Positions 1-16,649 of a stretch of 64,000 nucleotides of DNA are shown here, piece after piece. The stretch is taken from the NCBI RefSeq assembly GCF_009914755.1, contig NC_060931.1; one strand, 5' to 3'. Below the pieces are notes generated by a model that had not been told where the DNA came from, did no database searches, and saw nothing but the letters and a program-made list of their open reading frames with translations. Each line of letters opens with the position of its first letter. Within the stretch, counting starts at the first letter, position 1. The DNA comes from the human T2T-CHM13v2.0 reference genome, Homo sapiens. Position numbers and translations under genes: made by a program.

Positions 1-561
1 GGGCAGAAGGAGAAAAATAAAAACATCATAGAAGTCTTTTCAGTGTTGGGATGCAAGGAAGAAGGAAGAGTGGCAGGAATTTTTTAGATACTGATTAATT
101 ATTGATGCTGGGAGAGGTCATAGATTGAAGTGTATGTGTTTAAAATTGAAGATGATTATTAGAATCAAAAGAGATACCGGAGCTTAGAAACTACAGGAGG
201 AACCACTAGAATATCAGCTCCTTGAGAACAGGGACCCAGTCTCCTGTATCTCTAATGCCTAGAATAATGTCTGACACATGATAGGCAGTTAATAATTTTT
301 TTAAATGAATGAATGAATTCATGAATAAAAGGGGGGGAATAAATAAAGCCCACTTACCAAGAACCAACAGTGAAATAGCACAGGCCTTCATGTTAGAGTC
401 AGGAAGAAGATCAGAATAGCTTTTGTCACTTGCTTTTCTATTGTGTAGGTCCTAACCATTGCAAAGACAAAAAGATATATGGTATGAATGGAGAAAAAGA
501 TACTTAATTGTCATAATTCCCATGTATAATTAAATTAAAAATTAAGCATGAGAACTGAAAT

Positions 562-563
<2 letters not shown>

Positions 564-592
<29 letters not shown>

Positions 593-774
593 GAGACAGA
601 GTCTCACTCTGTCACCCAGGCTAGAGTGGATCTCAGCTCACTACAAACTCAGCCTATCAAGTAGGTGGGATTACAGGTGGCCTCCGCCATGCCTGGCAAA
701 TTTTTGTATTTTTAGTAGAGATGGGGTTTCACCATGTTGGCCAGGCTGGTCTTGAACTCCTGACCTCAAGTGAT
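564..774 (-). mobile_element. Alu, truncated and internally deleted
   Basis: Poly-T followed by reverse Alu sequence. Confidence 0.88.
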
Positions 775-1369
775 TTATATCTTTAATGTAAAATAAATAT
801 GAATAAAACAATGTAAATAAAATTATAACACTTTAATGAAGGATAGGAGGCTTGAATAAATGAAAAGTCTCATTTCTGAGTGGGAAAATTTGAATATCGT
901 AAAAACCCAGGTTATCTCTAGATTAATCTGTAATCCTTATGTAGTTCCATTCCAACTCACAATGAAAAGTTACTGAAGTTCAACTTAGTAATTGGTTTAT
1001 AGTTTATCTGGAGAAGAAATGCACAAGAAGAGTCAATAATATTTTTGAAAAACGCAGAATAGTAATTGGTGTATAGTTTATCTGGAAGAAGAAATGCACA
1101 AGAACAGTCAAGAATATTTTTGAAAAATGCAGAATGCATTTAACATGATGTGTTGAACAATGTTTAGCCTTAAATATATTGATTTTATAAATATTGAAAA
1201 CAAGTTAAGCTGTTAGTTCTAGAGGCTAGAATATCAGAGCATGTAGACTTAAGAAAAGTAAAAAGAAGGAAATAATAAAGTTAAGAACAAAATAAGCAAA
1301 GTTAGAATAACCAAAACAGGAGGAAAAGTTTTCAAGGATTTTGAAAGTTTATTATTTGAAAACACTAGT

Positions 1370-1673
<304 letters not shown>

Positions 1674-1690
1674 TCAAGAATATGGGCCAG

Positions 1691-1977
1691 CGGGCGTGGT
1701 GGCTCATGCCTGTAATCCCAGCACTTTGGTAGGCCGAGGTGGGTGGATCACGAGGCCAGGAGATCGAGACCATCCTGGCTAACACAGTGAAACCCCATCT
1801 CTACTAAAAATACAAAAAATCAGCTAGGCATGGTGGCATGCGCCTGTAATTCCAGCTACTCATGGGGGCTGAGGCAGGAGAATCCCTTGAACCCAGGAGG
1901 TGGAGAATGCAGTGAGCCAAGATCGCATCACTGCACTCCAGCCTGGGTGACAAAGTGAGACTCTATCTCAAAAAACA
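1691..1977 (+). mobile_element. Alu (Sc/Y-like) inserted at the head of the next Alu
   Basis: Alu consensus; 15-bp TSD AAGAATATGGGCCAG. Confidence 0.92.
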
Positions 1978-1986
1978 AAGAATATG

Positions 1987-2282
1987 GGCCAGGCGCGGTG
2001 GCTCACACCTGTAATCCCAGCACTTTGGGAGGCCGAGGCAGGCAGATCACGAGGTCAGGAGATCAAGACCATCCTGGCCAACATGGTGAAACCCTGTCTC
2101 TACTAAAAATATGAAAAATTAGCTGGGCATGGTAGCGTGCACCTGTAGTCTCAGCTACTCTGGAGGCTGAGGCAGGAGAATAGCTTGAACCCTGGAGGTG
2201 GAGTTTGCAGTGAGCTGAAATCACACCACTGCACTCCAGCCTGGCAACAGAGCGAGACTCCATTTAAAAAAAAAAAAAAAAA
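1987..2282 (+). mobile_element. AluSc-like
   Basis: Alu consensus with A tail. Confidence 0.92.
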
Positions 2283-2317
2283 GAAAATGATCGGGAAAAA
2301 AAGACATAAACCAAATG

Positions 2318-2548
2318 AGGCTTGATGCAGTTGCTCACACCTATAATCCCAGTGCTTCGGATGGCTGAGACAGGAGGAGTGCTTGAGCCCAGGAGTTCAA
2401 GACCAACCTGGGCAATATAGCAAGATGCCTGTCTCCACAAAAAATTAAAAAATCAGCCAGATGTCTGCAGTGAGCTATGATTGCACCATTGTACTTCAGC
2501 CTGGGTGACAGAGTGAGACCCTGTCTCTAAAACAAACTAACAAAATCA
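2318..2548 (+). mobile_element. AluJ with internal deletion
   Basis: Diverged Alu lacking part of the right arm. Confidence 0.85.
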
Positions 2549-3152
2549 AATGAATGAAAATCAAAACCTACGTATAGATACCAAAGAGATTCATAAAAGT
2601 CATAAAAGAATACTATAAATAAACATCCATCAACAAATTTGAAAATAGACATAAACTGATGGTTTTCTGGAAGAATATAAACTACCAGAATCAACTCAAA
2701 TAGAAATATAAAACCTGAATAAGCCAATAACAATTAAAGAATTTGAAATCATAGAGATTTTCCCTCTCTCCTCTCCTCCAACCAGAAATATTAGACTGAG
2801 ACCATTTCACAAATGGGTCTTACCAACTCTCAACGAATATATAATTGCTTAATAAAATAGGATTAAAGGGAGAGAACTAGGGGGAAGAAAAGAAGGAAAG
2901 AAGAAAGGTAAGCTAGACAAAAGAAAAACCCAGTTATCTAATGAGACTGGTACAATATTGATACGAAGACCTGATAAGAACACTACAAACAAATAAAATT
3001 ATAGATGAATCTTACTTATGAGTGGCTGTAGAAATCTTAAATAAAATATTAGCAAATTATTCTAAGAATGGAAGAATAGTTCAACATCTGAAAAATCCAT
3101 TAATGTAAACTTCACATTCATAGATAGCAGGAAAAAAAATCCATATGATAAA

Positions 3153-3940
<788 letters not shown>

Positions 3941-4234
3941 TTATTTTATTTTTTTAGAGACAAGTTTTTACTCTTGCCAGGCTGGAGTACAGTGGCATGA
4001 TTATAGCTCACTGCAACCTTGAACTCCTGGACTCAGGCAATCTCCTCATCTCAGCCTCCTAAGTAGCTGGGACTACAGGCACATATTACCACTCCTGGCT
4101 AATTTATTATTATTTTTTTAGAGATGGGGTCTTTCTGTTGCCCAGGCTGGTCTTGAATTCCTAGACTCAAGCAATACTCCTACCTGAACCTCCTGAGCAG
4201 CTGGGATTATAAGTACAAGTTACTGTGTCCAGCC
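3941..4234 (-). mobile_element. AluJ
   Basis: Diverged reverse Alu. Confidence 0.88.
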
Positions 4235-5112
4235 CATATAGTCATTTTAATACATATTGGAAAAGAATCCATAAAAAACTAATAACTCATAATTTTTTTT
4301 CAATGGAGAAAATCCAGAATAGAAGGGAAATTTCTTAACCGCAGTAATTGTTTTCATTAAAACATTTAGCAGATAACATTTCTAATAGTGAAATTTAGAA
4401 GCATTCCCATTAATATCAAGTATAGAATAAAATGTGATAGAAGCATTCCCATTAAAATCCAGTATAGAATCAAGTATAGGATACCCACTTTCAACATCAC
4501 TATTTCAACATTGCTTTGTAGTTCCTAGCCAATGCAATTTGACAAGAATAAGAAATGAGATAAAGAATATGAAAACTTATTTATGAATAACAAAATAAAC
4601 CCTACATAAGATGCTTTGAACTTTTGTCAAGAAAATTATAAAACACTGAAGCATGTAAAGACCTCACTATATGCCAATATGTACCGTATTCATAGTGGAA
4701 AGATGTAAAGAAAAATGTCAGTTCTCTCCAAATTAATCTCAGTATTCAGTGTACTTCCAGTCATAATTACAAGGAAATTTTTCATGGATCTTGAAAAACT
4801 GATTGTAAAATTGATATAGACAAGTAAATACTCAAGAATAATCAAGAGAACCCTAGAAAAATGTATTGCATCTGACAGCAAGATTTACTACAAAATCATA
4901 ATAGACAGTATGGTTTGATGCTAGGATGGACAATTAGGTCAGTGGAGCGTAATGGAAAGCCCAGAAACACATTGAGATCCTTGTGAAATTTTAATATATA
5001 GGAAAGAGACCCTACAAATCAACATTTATTTAATAATACTGAGTGAGCCTCTACTGCATTCTATGCACTGTTTTAGTCCCTGGTGACATAACAGTGAATA
5101 AAAGCAAGTAGT

Positions 5113-5378
<266 letters not shown>

Positions 5379-5710
5379 TTAATTTGGGTTGTGAGTACAT
5401 AAATGTTTATTACTTCATTATTTCCATGTCTGTACGTTTAAAATCTTTTAGAACAAAAAATCAAAGATGAGTCATGCTAGCTATACCAAATATCACAATT
5501 TAGTATAAAACTGAGGTAATGAAAACATTGTGCTACTTTCCTTGAAAAAGAAAGGTAGATCAATGCAACAGCACGAAGATAGAAAAAAAATTAGACTTCA
5601 GTTCTCATGAATTTTTAAACTCTTGTAGTCAGTATATGCAAAAAAAAGAAGTTAAATTATTTGATTTGTCATTTAAGAATATTATAATGTTTACATATGT
5701 TTACTTTAAG

Positions 5711-5924
5711 AATGATTTAAGGCTACAGATGGAAGCCCAACGCATTTGCCTCTCTCTGGTTTATTCAACTCATGTGGATCAGGTTCGTGAATATATGGAA
5801 AATGAAAAAGATAAAGCTCTTTGCAGTCTTAAAGAAGAGCTTATTTTTGCTCAAGAGGAAAAGATCAAGGAACTTCAGAAAATACACCAGTTAGAACTAC
5901 AGACTATGAAAACACAAGAAACAG
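5711..5924 (+). CDS. AKAP9: AKAP9 coding exon (canonical exon 9), NDLRLQMEAQRICLSL...KTQET
   Basis: tttaag| acceptor, ACAG|gtaaaa donor, 214 nt, phase 0 to 1; peptide recognised as AKAP9. Confidence 0.96.
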
Positions 5925-6229
5925 GTAAAATGGTTTCTGACTTATAAGTACCATGATCCAAATAAGTATTGGATAGAGCCCACCATTCTATAATTTTTTC
6001 CTTGTCATAGAACCCACAGAGGAAGGTGATTTGTTTACCAGTTGTTGATATAATCACTAGACATTCATTTAAGTGCTTGAGAAAGCTAAAATCATTTTCC
6101 CATAGGAAGTCACAATCCATTGCGAAAGCATATATAAAATAAACAATTTCTCCAACAGAAGAATGAATAGAAAGAATGGGAGGAGAAAGGAGAAACATCT
6201 AGTACTTCCTGGCAGGATGAGTAGGGTGA

Positions 6230-6572
<343 letters not shown>

Positions 6573-7530
6573 GGGGTTGGAATTTTAAGGCAGGCTCTGG
6601 AGTCTTTAGAATTGAGGTGTAAGGGTACACCCATTTTGGAAAATTGAGAGTTCAAGGTGTGTGAGAAAGTAGTTGGGGTTATAGCTGGAGAGATTGGCAA
6701 CAGTTTGATTAGAAAAAGTTTTATTCTGAAAGAAGCATATATAAGCCTTATGCTGTTGGTGATAAGACCTACTGCAGGATTTTAAGTAGAGTAACACAAT
6801 ATGGTTTTTATTTTATGATGACACCACTGCGGTGAGTTGGGGGAGGTAAGAGTAGTGATTAGAACACCAGTTAAGCAACTAAAGCTGTCCTTTCCATAAA
6901 CAGTAAGTATTAACTAAATGTTAATGAGGATGGAAAAGAAGTTTGCATTCAAAAGTAGAAATTTGAGAGTGGCTTAAATAACAGTACCAAACTTTTAAAT
7001 TTCAGGAGTGCTTTGGGTTTGAATTTAATAAGATTTTAAGCATGTGATATTTTTAATGATGTCCTCTTCAAACAGGCTAGTGTTTTTCAAACTAGAGGCT
7101 AATGAATAGGTCCATTAATGGGTGGTGAAGTCAGTTTAGTGAGTAATGATCAACATTTTTAAAAAAAAAAACAAAGTAGAACAGAAGACATTGGAGTACA
7201 TGGCACTACAGTAGAAGAATAAATATTGATTTCTGAGATTTTTATTTCAGTTTTACATAGATGTATGTAATAGGTTATGATATATGATGCATTTTTTTGT
7301 GTTGGGTTGTAGTAAAAAGAAGTCACTGCTTTGTACCATTTTGTGGATAGAAATGGAAAATCTCACAAAGTTTCTGAGACAATGTTGAGCAATGGAAAAT
7401 AACTCAAAGAAATAAAGAATTTAAAATGATTCTTATTGCAGGGGAGCTTCCAGTTGAAACATAAGTTAAATATGATCATAGTTCTTAAGTATGTAAATTG
7501 AATTTCTTAATCCATTATCTGTTCTATTAG

Positions 7531-7610
7531 GTGATGAAGGAAAGCCTTTACATCTGCTCATTGGAAAACTTCAAAAGGCAGTGTCTGAAGAATGTTCTTA
7601 TTTTTTACAG
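7531..7610 (+). CDS. AKAP9: AKAP9 exon 10, GDEGKPLHLLIGKLQKAVSEECSYFLQ
   Basis: ctattag| acceptor, CAG|gtaaaa donor, 80 nt, phase 1 to 0. Confidence 0.95.
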
Positions 7611-7635
7611 GTAAAATGTTTAAAAGTACTTTTAT

Positions 7636-7990
<355 letters not shown>

Positions 7991-8647
7991 TTAATGATCA
8001 CCCAGCCTAGTTTTCTTCACTACCTTCAGAACTGTGCCTAGAAAGTATTCCTGAGTTTTTAACTTAAAATGAGCATTAAAAATTTTCCTGATAATCGGTT
8101 TGAAACAAAAGAAATTCAGGTAAATTATCTCGCCTGTAGAACAGACACTAATTGTTGATGTTGCCATAGATGAGTTATAAGGACAAGATGGAGACATCCT
8201 GGGAGACGGTGTAGAGTGAGCCAAAACACTAAGATGGCACCCATCTTTCTGGGTCCCAGTTTCTTTGTCTGTAAATTGGGTGATTGTTTAAGGTTTCTAA
8301 AATCAACTCTAATGTGAGAAAACTGCATCTTAGGGGCTATGCTGAAAATTTAATAAACTTAATTATTAATTGACAGTATAGTTTAAGCAAATCTCAAGAA
8401 ATCTGAAGAAATAGCAATAAACAATTTGATTTTTAAGTCTAGAAGTTGGTGGTGGTAATTTTTTAGTTATATGAGGAACAAAGGTAAAAGTTATTTGAGA
8501 GCTTATCAAATGATAATGGGACATGTATTGTTTTAAATGATGATAGAAGTGTCTGTTGCTCAGGAGAAGAACCGGAACAACGCGTCAAATATTTTCAATT
8601 TTTGTGTGTGCATATAAACTACATAAAACTATTCTCATGTGTTAGGA

Positions 8648-8945
8648 ATTTTTTTTTTTTTTTTTTGAGACAGTCTTGCTCTGTCGCCCAGGCTGGAGTG
8701 CAGTGGCACAATCTCGGTTCACTGTGACCTCTGCCTCCTAGGTTCAAGCTATTCTTGTACCTCACCTCCCGAGTAGCTGGGATGACAGATGCACACCACC
8801 ACGCCCAGCTAATTTTTGTATTTTTAGTAGAGATGGGGTTTTGCCATGTTGGCCAGGCTGGTCTTGAACTCCTGACCTCAGGTGATCCACCTTCCTCGAC
8901 CTCCCAAAGTGCTGGGATTACAGGCATGAGCCACCACGCCTGGCC
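8648..8945 (-). mobile_element. AluSx-like
   Basis: Reverse Alu consensus. Confidence 0.92.
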
Positions 8946-9410
8946 TCTTGTGTTATGAATGTTAAGTATATGAATGTTACTCTTTTGCTTGATATGATTT
9001 CTTTAGAATTTATAGATTTCTTTCTGATCAGCATTTCTGAACGTCCATCCTTGTCCTGTGATGTTTTTTCAAAGGTATTTGAGATTACAGAGATAACATC
9101 AGAAATAGGATCCAAGCTAGGAAGTGGTTGATTAAAGTATAAGATAAATTTTATTATTATAAGGAAGCAGAAAAAATTATAGTTTTGTGCAATGAAGTTT
9201 ATTATCTTCCTGATATAAGAAGATTTCATGCCAGAGAGATAGATTTAGACTTGTTTCTTTTGCAGATTGATAAGGGTATGGAGAGAATGTTTTCTTAATT
9301 ATTTTTGTGTGCCATTTTGACCGCCTTGCATCTAGGAGAATTATGTTTAATCTTTAGAAGCAGAAATCAAAATTTAAATTCCTTAAAATACACAATTTTG
9401 TTGTTAACAG

Positions 9411-9549
9411 ACTTTATGCAGTGTCCTTGGTGAATATTATACTCCTGCTTTAAAATGTGAAGTAAATGCAGAAGACAAAGAGAATTCTGGTGATTACATT
9501 TCTGAAAATGAAGATCCAGAATTACAAGATTATAGATATGAAGTTCAAG
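9411..9549 (+). CDS. AKAP9: AKAP9 exon 11, TLCSVLGEYYTPALKCEV...YRYEVQ
   Basis: ttaacag| acceptor, AAG|gtaata donor, 139 nt, phase 0 to 1. Confidence 0.95.
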
Positions 9550-10298
9550 GTAATAAAAGCTTACCATACTATTAAACAGTATTTAATCCTCTTAAATTAA
9601 TTGATGACAGATTTTTACTTTTGATTATGATTTAATCACCCAGCCAAGTTGTTTTTCATCTTAACATTTTATCCTCCTTTCAGATTCATGAAATCTCATA
9701 TTTAATACACATTTTAAATTTTTATAATGCGATAATGGTGATATGAATATAATTGGAGCTGTCCACTATTGTCTGTCCTCTGTCTCTCTACTCCTATCTT
9801 TTTCCTTATCCTAATTCTTTTAACTTTTTATACCATAGATCCAAATTTTTAAAGTTATTGTATTTATTGAATAAGTTCATATCAATGGTTTTTGCTTTAA
9901 AATGAGTAAGATAAACATTAAGAAATAAAAAATATATTAGTATCTTTCTTAATATAGATCTGCTATAAGTTTGTTTTAACAAATAGTAACATCACCACTT
10001 TTTTGATGTTCTTTCACAGAGAAAATGTTTCCTAGCCCTGTCCATTTGTATAATGAACAAAATGTATATAAATTAATGACTACCAAAAGAAATTAACATA
10101 TTTTAATATGAAATTTTCAAGTTATCTTTGTAGCAGGCATTTCACATGAATGAGATTTCAATTTTCAGTTACTAAATATCTGAGGTTTACTTCTAGCAGG
10201 CAATTTTTTTAAGTTATAAATAGGTGAATAATATTTATTGAAAGATGCAGACTTTTACTGTGAAGTGAAATTATTGTAATTGTTTGTTTACCATCCAG

Positions 10299-10384
10299 AC
10301 TTTCAAGAAAATATGCACACTCTTCTCAACAAAGTAACAGAAGAATACAACAAACTCTTGGTACTTCAAACACGACTAAGCAAG
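10299..10384 (+). CDS. AKAP9: AKAP9 exon 12, DFQENMHTLLNKVTEEYNKLLVLQTRLSK
   Basis: catccag| acceptor, AAG|gtctgt donor, 86 nt, phase 1 to 0. Confidence 0.95.
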
Positions 10385-11521
10385 GTCTGTGAGATGGAAA
10401 ATATATTGTAATATTTGCATTTATTGTATTGTCTGCTTTTTTGTAAGCTGCTTTTATCAACCAAGAATTTCTAAAGTAAGAGAACATGAAAAAGGAGATT
10501 GGGAAAAGTGACATATATTTGTAGTAGATAATTTATATTGGTAAGCTGAAAGAATTTCTGCAAGTCGAATAATAACCCCTTTAGAGAGTTTTTAGAATTA
10601 TGATAAGTTAAAATATATATATCAACTTGTAAACTGTGTGAAACAATTGCATTTAATTTTACATATAATGTAAAATTAAAGCAGTGGGCCTTCTGTTTTA
10701 GAGAAAACTGGTAATGAGTTTAGTTGCTTAGCATATAGCTAATTAGTTTCACACAGCATTATACATGTCAATTTTATTTTCAAGCAATTTTTTAAAAGTC
10801 TGTAGAAAACTAGGTAAGATAGTATACATGGCACAGTGTAATTTATTAACTCTTATCAGTAAAACAACTTAAGGCACATATTGGCAAGGATAAGTGTAAT
10901 TCTCATGTAGAAGGAAATCCAGAAAGATGTCTGTGTCTATTTATTTGGGGTGCTTTTTGATGTTCAGTTAATATTAAAATGTTTAGGCAGATTTGAAAGA
11001 TTTAATTGATAGTGAAAGTTATAATGTTGATGATTTATGTTTTGGCTGAAATTCTTCCTCTCCATCTCTCTCCCCTTCTTTCTTTCCCTCCTGTTTCTTC
11101 TTGCCTACTCTGTTTCTGTGCAATTAAGTACAACCTTATCTAGCCTTTCCAAAAATCTATAAACCTACTCCAGTAGATTTATATGAGTAGAATCTCTTTT
11201 GGTTTCATCTCTTATTTTCTTGTTCATTATGGATTTATGCCTTTTAAATATTCTTTATCATTTTAATTGAGTAATGGAAAGGGAGGAGGTTTATGTCAGT
11301 AATCACAAATGTAAATGCCTACATTAACTTAGCTAATAAAATAAATGAAGAAGGCCAAGTGAAACCTGGAGAAAACATGCCTCATCCAAAAGGAGCGGCG
11401 GCTGCCCAGCTTGTGCATCGTGTTGCCATTAAGTAGGAATCAGGGCCCAGTGTTGCTAGTACTTTTAATCTATTAATTTTATATGATTTTTTTTTCTTTT
11501 AAAAATATTAGGAAGTATAAA

Positions 11522-11674
11522 CCAGGCATGGTGGTACATGCCTGTCGTCCCAGCTACTTGAGAAGCTGAGGTGGGAGGATCACTTGAACCTAGGAGTTTG
11601 AGGCTGCATGAGCTATGATTGTGCCACTGTACTCCTGCCTGGGCAACAGAGCTCAAGACCTCATTTCTAAAAAT

Positions 11675-11677
<3 letters not shown>
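11522..11677 (+). mobile_element. Alu monomer (FRAM or AluJ right arm)
   Basis: Single Alu arm running into (CA)n. Confidence 0.82.

Positions 11678-11678
<1 letters not shown>

Positions 11679-11724
<46 letters not shown>
11679..11724. repeat. (CA)23 microsatellite
   Basis: Perfect dinucleotide run. Confidence 0.97.
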
Positions 11725-11727
<3 letters not shown>

Positions 11728-12204
11728 AAATATTCAAAACTAAATGTTCTGTTTTAAGGTTGGGAAACAGAAAGCAGCCAGACAACAACAAAAACTGTTT
11801 TGTCCCCAAAAGAGCACTTTTATAGACTGGATTTAAAGTTCAAGCCTTCACTTTGTAACCTCAGATATAAACACATGCTCAGTGTACTATCTTGAACTAG
11901 TTTTCTTTTTACTTTATTATTTCTCGACTGTAGTATTTGCTGCTTTCTGATAACATTTTCTTCCCTTAGCTTCTGTAGCTTTTCAAGCCTCCATTTTGGA
12001 CTTTACCTACCCTGTTTATATTACCAGGGATCTTTATTTGATCCTCGTAATCTGAATGCTTTTTTCATCTACTTTCATTGCTTCTAGATCTCTATGTTTA
12101 GGTCAGTCCTTCTGAGCTGCAGAGTCATATATCTCATCAGATATCTCTACTCAAAAATCTTTTAGGTATATCTCAATCAGCATATTGAAATTTGAATTTA
12201 TTAA

Positions 12205-12721
<517 letters not shown>

Positions 12722-13007
12722 TACTTATTTATTTATTTATTTATTTATTCCTTAGATCTGAGGACAGACTGGTCAGCCAATATTTATTATTTGCTAATTA
12801 AATGCCAGGTTGTTCTGTGTACTGAGAATAAAGTAATGAAGTCACTAGACTGAAGAAATGTGTAAATTAATGGGATTTATGAACTAGTTTAAGGAATGTC
12901 ATATACATATATACTATTTTACATATATATATATAATATATACATATGCATATATAAAATAGTTTTCCTTGGCAACATTTTAGTAGGTGTTTAGAAGAGA
13001 AATGTAA

Positions 13008-13421
<414 letters not shown>

Positions 13422-14705
13422 TTAGCTGCAATTACAGAGGCATTTCAGAGTTACTTTGGGATCAGGATCAGGACTGCAATACATCACTGTGTAACCTTTT
13501 GGCTTCATCTTCTAATATTCCTCCTCATTTCAGCCATACTGAAATACTTAGTTTCCCAAATGCACCCTGATCTTTGGCACCCTGGGCTTCTTTGCATGCT
13601 GCCCTTTCTGCATAATACTGCCCATCCCCTCCCAGCCTTTTTGGTTTGTTCCTGCTTGTTCCAGTTGGTTCAAATGTTTACTCCCTCTGTGTCATCTTCT
13701 TTACCTGTCTTTCTAGGCTTAGGCATTTCTTCCTCTGTTCCCTTAGCAACAGTACAGGCCTTGCTTATCGCGTTTCTCTTTTTTCGTTACTTTAAATACT
13801 TGATTACCCTTCTGTCCTTCTTCCATGTTCCTGTAGCTCCTTATACACATTTGCATTTGTATCACATTACTTTTCATGTTATATAATTGTTTACCATTCT
13901 GCCTCTTTCACTATTATTCTAAACCCTTCAGAATAAGAGAATCTTCTGTTTATTTTTATTTCCTTCTCTTAACACAGTGTTAGCATACAGTAAAGGCTTA
14001 ATAAATGTTTGCTGAATGAGTTAGAAAGGTTGGACTGGAAACTTAATAATTTACCTGATGATCTTTATTTTCCCTGGGAACTAAGAGGCAAGATCCTCTG
14101 TTGAAATTACTCATGGGGTAGGAATTGGGTAGAGGATGTATAAGAGTAGTGAACAGTTAAAACAGCCTTCTTAGCAAATAGCTGTTTTTTCTTTTGCTCA
14201 GCTGCTTCTACAGTATCCTTTGTTCATCTGGTCTTGCAAGTCCATAGTCTTTCCCCTTGCTTTTAAAGTCTTCTGTTATTTGGATCTATCTTATTTAACT
14301 AGCTTTATTTCCCCCTCCGTATCCAAATTAAACCCTCCTCAAGAAGATCATTGTCAATTATGGCATACGTCATTCTTTCACAAATACTCTTACTCTTTCT
14401 TCCTTATAGCCTTCCCAAATCATTACCAGAAATATATGAGCCTAAATCAAAACTGACTTCCATAATTACTCAGATCCACATCAGTCTTCTGTATCATTGT
14501 TGTTATAGTCAAATTTTATAGTTTAGCCGTTCTCTAATTGTTTATTTTCCCATCTGATTGATGAATTCTGTGCAGGCAGATATATTGTTATTTTTTAAAC
14601 GGATTTTATATTTTTACTCTTGTCACAGTGCTGGTCACATTGATTATTAAGTATTTGATGAATAAATAAATTAGTACACACAGGTATCTGACATATTGCT
14701 GCTTA

Positions 14706-15018
<313 letters not shown>

Positions 15019-15519
15019 TAAGGAAATAAGCTGAGATTTATCTATTTTCATTATTTTCTTTTCTTTTTGTTTACTGTACAGAGCACCATACCATTTGTCA
15101 GTTACCTGGTTGTACATAGGATATATCTAGAGATAAACAAGCTGTATTAATCAAGTATTGCTAATATAAAATTTATTATGTATGAATTGAAATTTCAAAG
15201 ACCAAGGTATACTATAAATATTGTTATCAGCTTTCTACCAAAATTCTCAGAAGCACTTGTTTTTGTAGTAAAATGAACTTCCTTTCAGATATCAAAGAAC
15301 ATTACTAATATAATTTCAGTGCTATGAAAGGTATGGAATATTAATTACTGTTACAGAAGAGAACAGGGAATAACTTAGAAGGGAAAATGCTTGTATTAGA
15401 GTGCCACAATTTTGGGTGGTTTTAAAAAAGCATCTTAAATGCAGAGTTGCTTTAATACAGCTTTCTAATTGCTGGATTATGTATTTATGTTACTGCTTTT
15501 ATTCTGTGGTTTTCAATAG

Positions 15520-15634
15520 ATCTGGGGACAGCAGACAGATGGTATGAAACTTGAATTTGGAGAAGAAAACCTTCCAAAAGAGGAAACAGAGTTTTTATCA
15601 ATCCATTCTCAGATGACCAATTTGGAAGACATTG
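15520..15634 (+). CDS. AKAP9: AKAP9 exon 13, IWGQQTDGMKLEFGEE...TNLEDI
   Basis: tcaatag| acceptor, TTG|gtaaat donor, 115 nt, phase 0 to 1. Confidence 0.95.
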
Positions 15635-16095
15635 GTAAATTTTGATCATATACCACAATGTGGTGTTTTTATAGCAAATATTGAGTAATTTGCTTTTTTA
15701 CTTTAAAATGTGAGCTAACGTAGTGACCTTTGGCATTTCACTGTAGCCTCTCTGATCTCAATTTTTTCATCCTTAAAATGAAAGATTTGGACTACTTTCT
15801 ATTTGGTCCTTTCCCCCTTCTTATGTTCTGTGATTCTGAATTGTTTTAAATTTTAAAGATATAAAATTTTGGATTTAGGAGTACTACAGCATGAGGATCA
15901 AAAAGATGATCTTGAATTGTACTATTTATGTTTTCTTGTTTTCATCAGAATGAGTTTAAATTGAAACCAGAGTTATTACCACTAAAAACATACTTTTTCA
16001 AAAAAGAATTAATATTTTCTGTACACAGTGATTGTGCTATTTCACTAAGAAACTTATATTGAAATGTGCATTTTTTGTCTCTTTATATAACATAG

Positions 16096-16291
16096 ATGTC
16101 AATCATAAAAGCAAGTTATCTTCTCTGCAAGATCTTGAAAAAACTAAACTTGAAGAACAAGTTCAAGAATTAGAAAGCCTCATATCCTCTTTGCAGCAAC
16201 AGTTGAAAGAAACTGAACAAAACTATGAGGCAGAGATCCACTGTTTACAGAAGAGGCTTCAAGCTGTTAGTGAGTCCACGGTTCCGCCAAG
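16096..16291 (+). CDS. AKAP9: AKAP9 exon 14, DVNHKSKLSSLQDLEK...ESTVPP
   Basis: aacatag| acceptor, AAG|gtattc donor, 196 nt, phase 1 to 2; heptad-rich. Confidence 0.95.
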
Positions 16292-16649
16292 GTATTCATC
16301 TGCTTATAGCTTCATTCAACAGTATTTGTAGCTTTGTAACAATTATAGTATCATCCAGAATGGTTATTTAAAAAAGTAACTTAAGCAAAGTTGCTGGAAA
16401 GAGATAGGATGTAGCATTTTTTAGAAAGAAGAGCAAGAGATCATTCTATATCTTTGAAATGCCTGAAAAAAATGTTGATGTAAACCAAAGACATTATAGG
16501 AATTTTACTTAAATTTTTACATTATAAAGATGTTGGTTGTTGTTAATCTGCTTAATTAAATCGGCAGTGTGCACATATTTGCAGTTTATTCTGTACCTAG
16601 TCTTTGCTACTTTGATATGGTGAATACTTAAGGAATATAAGGTAGGATC

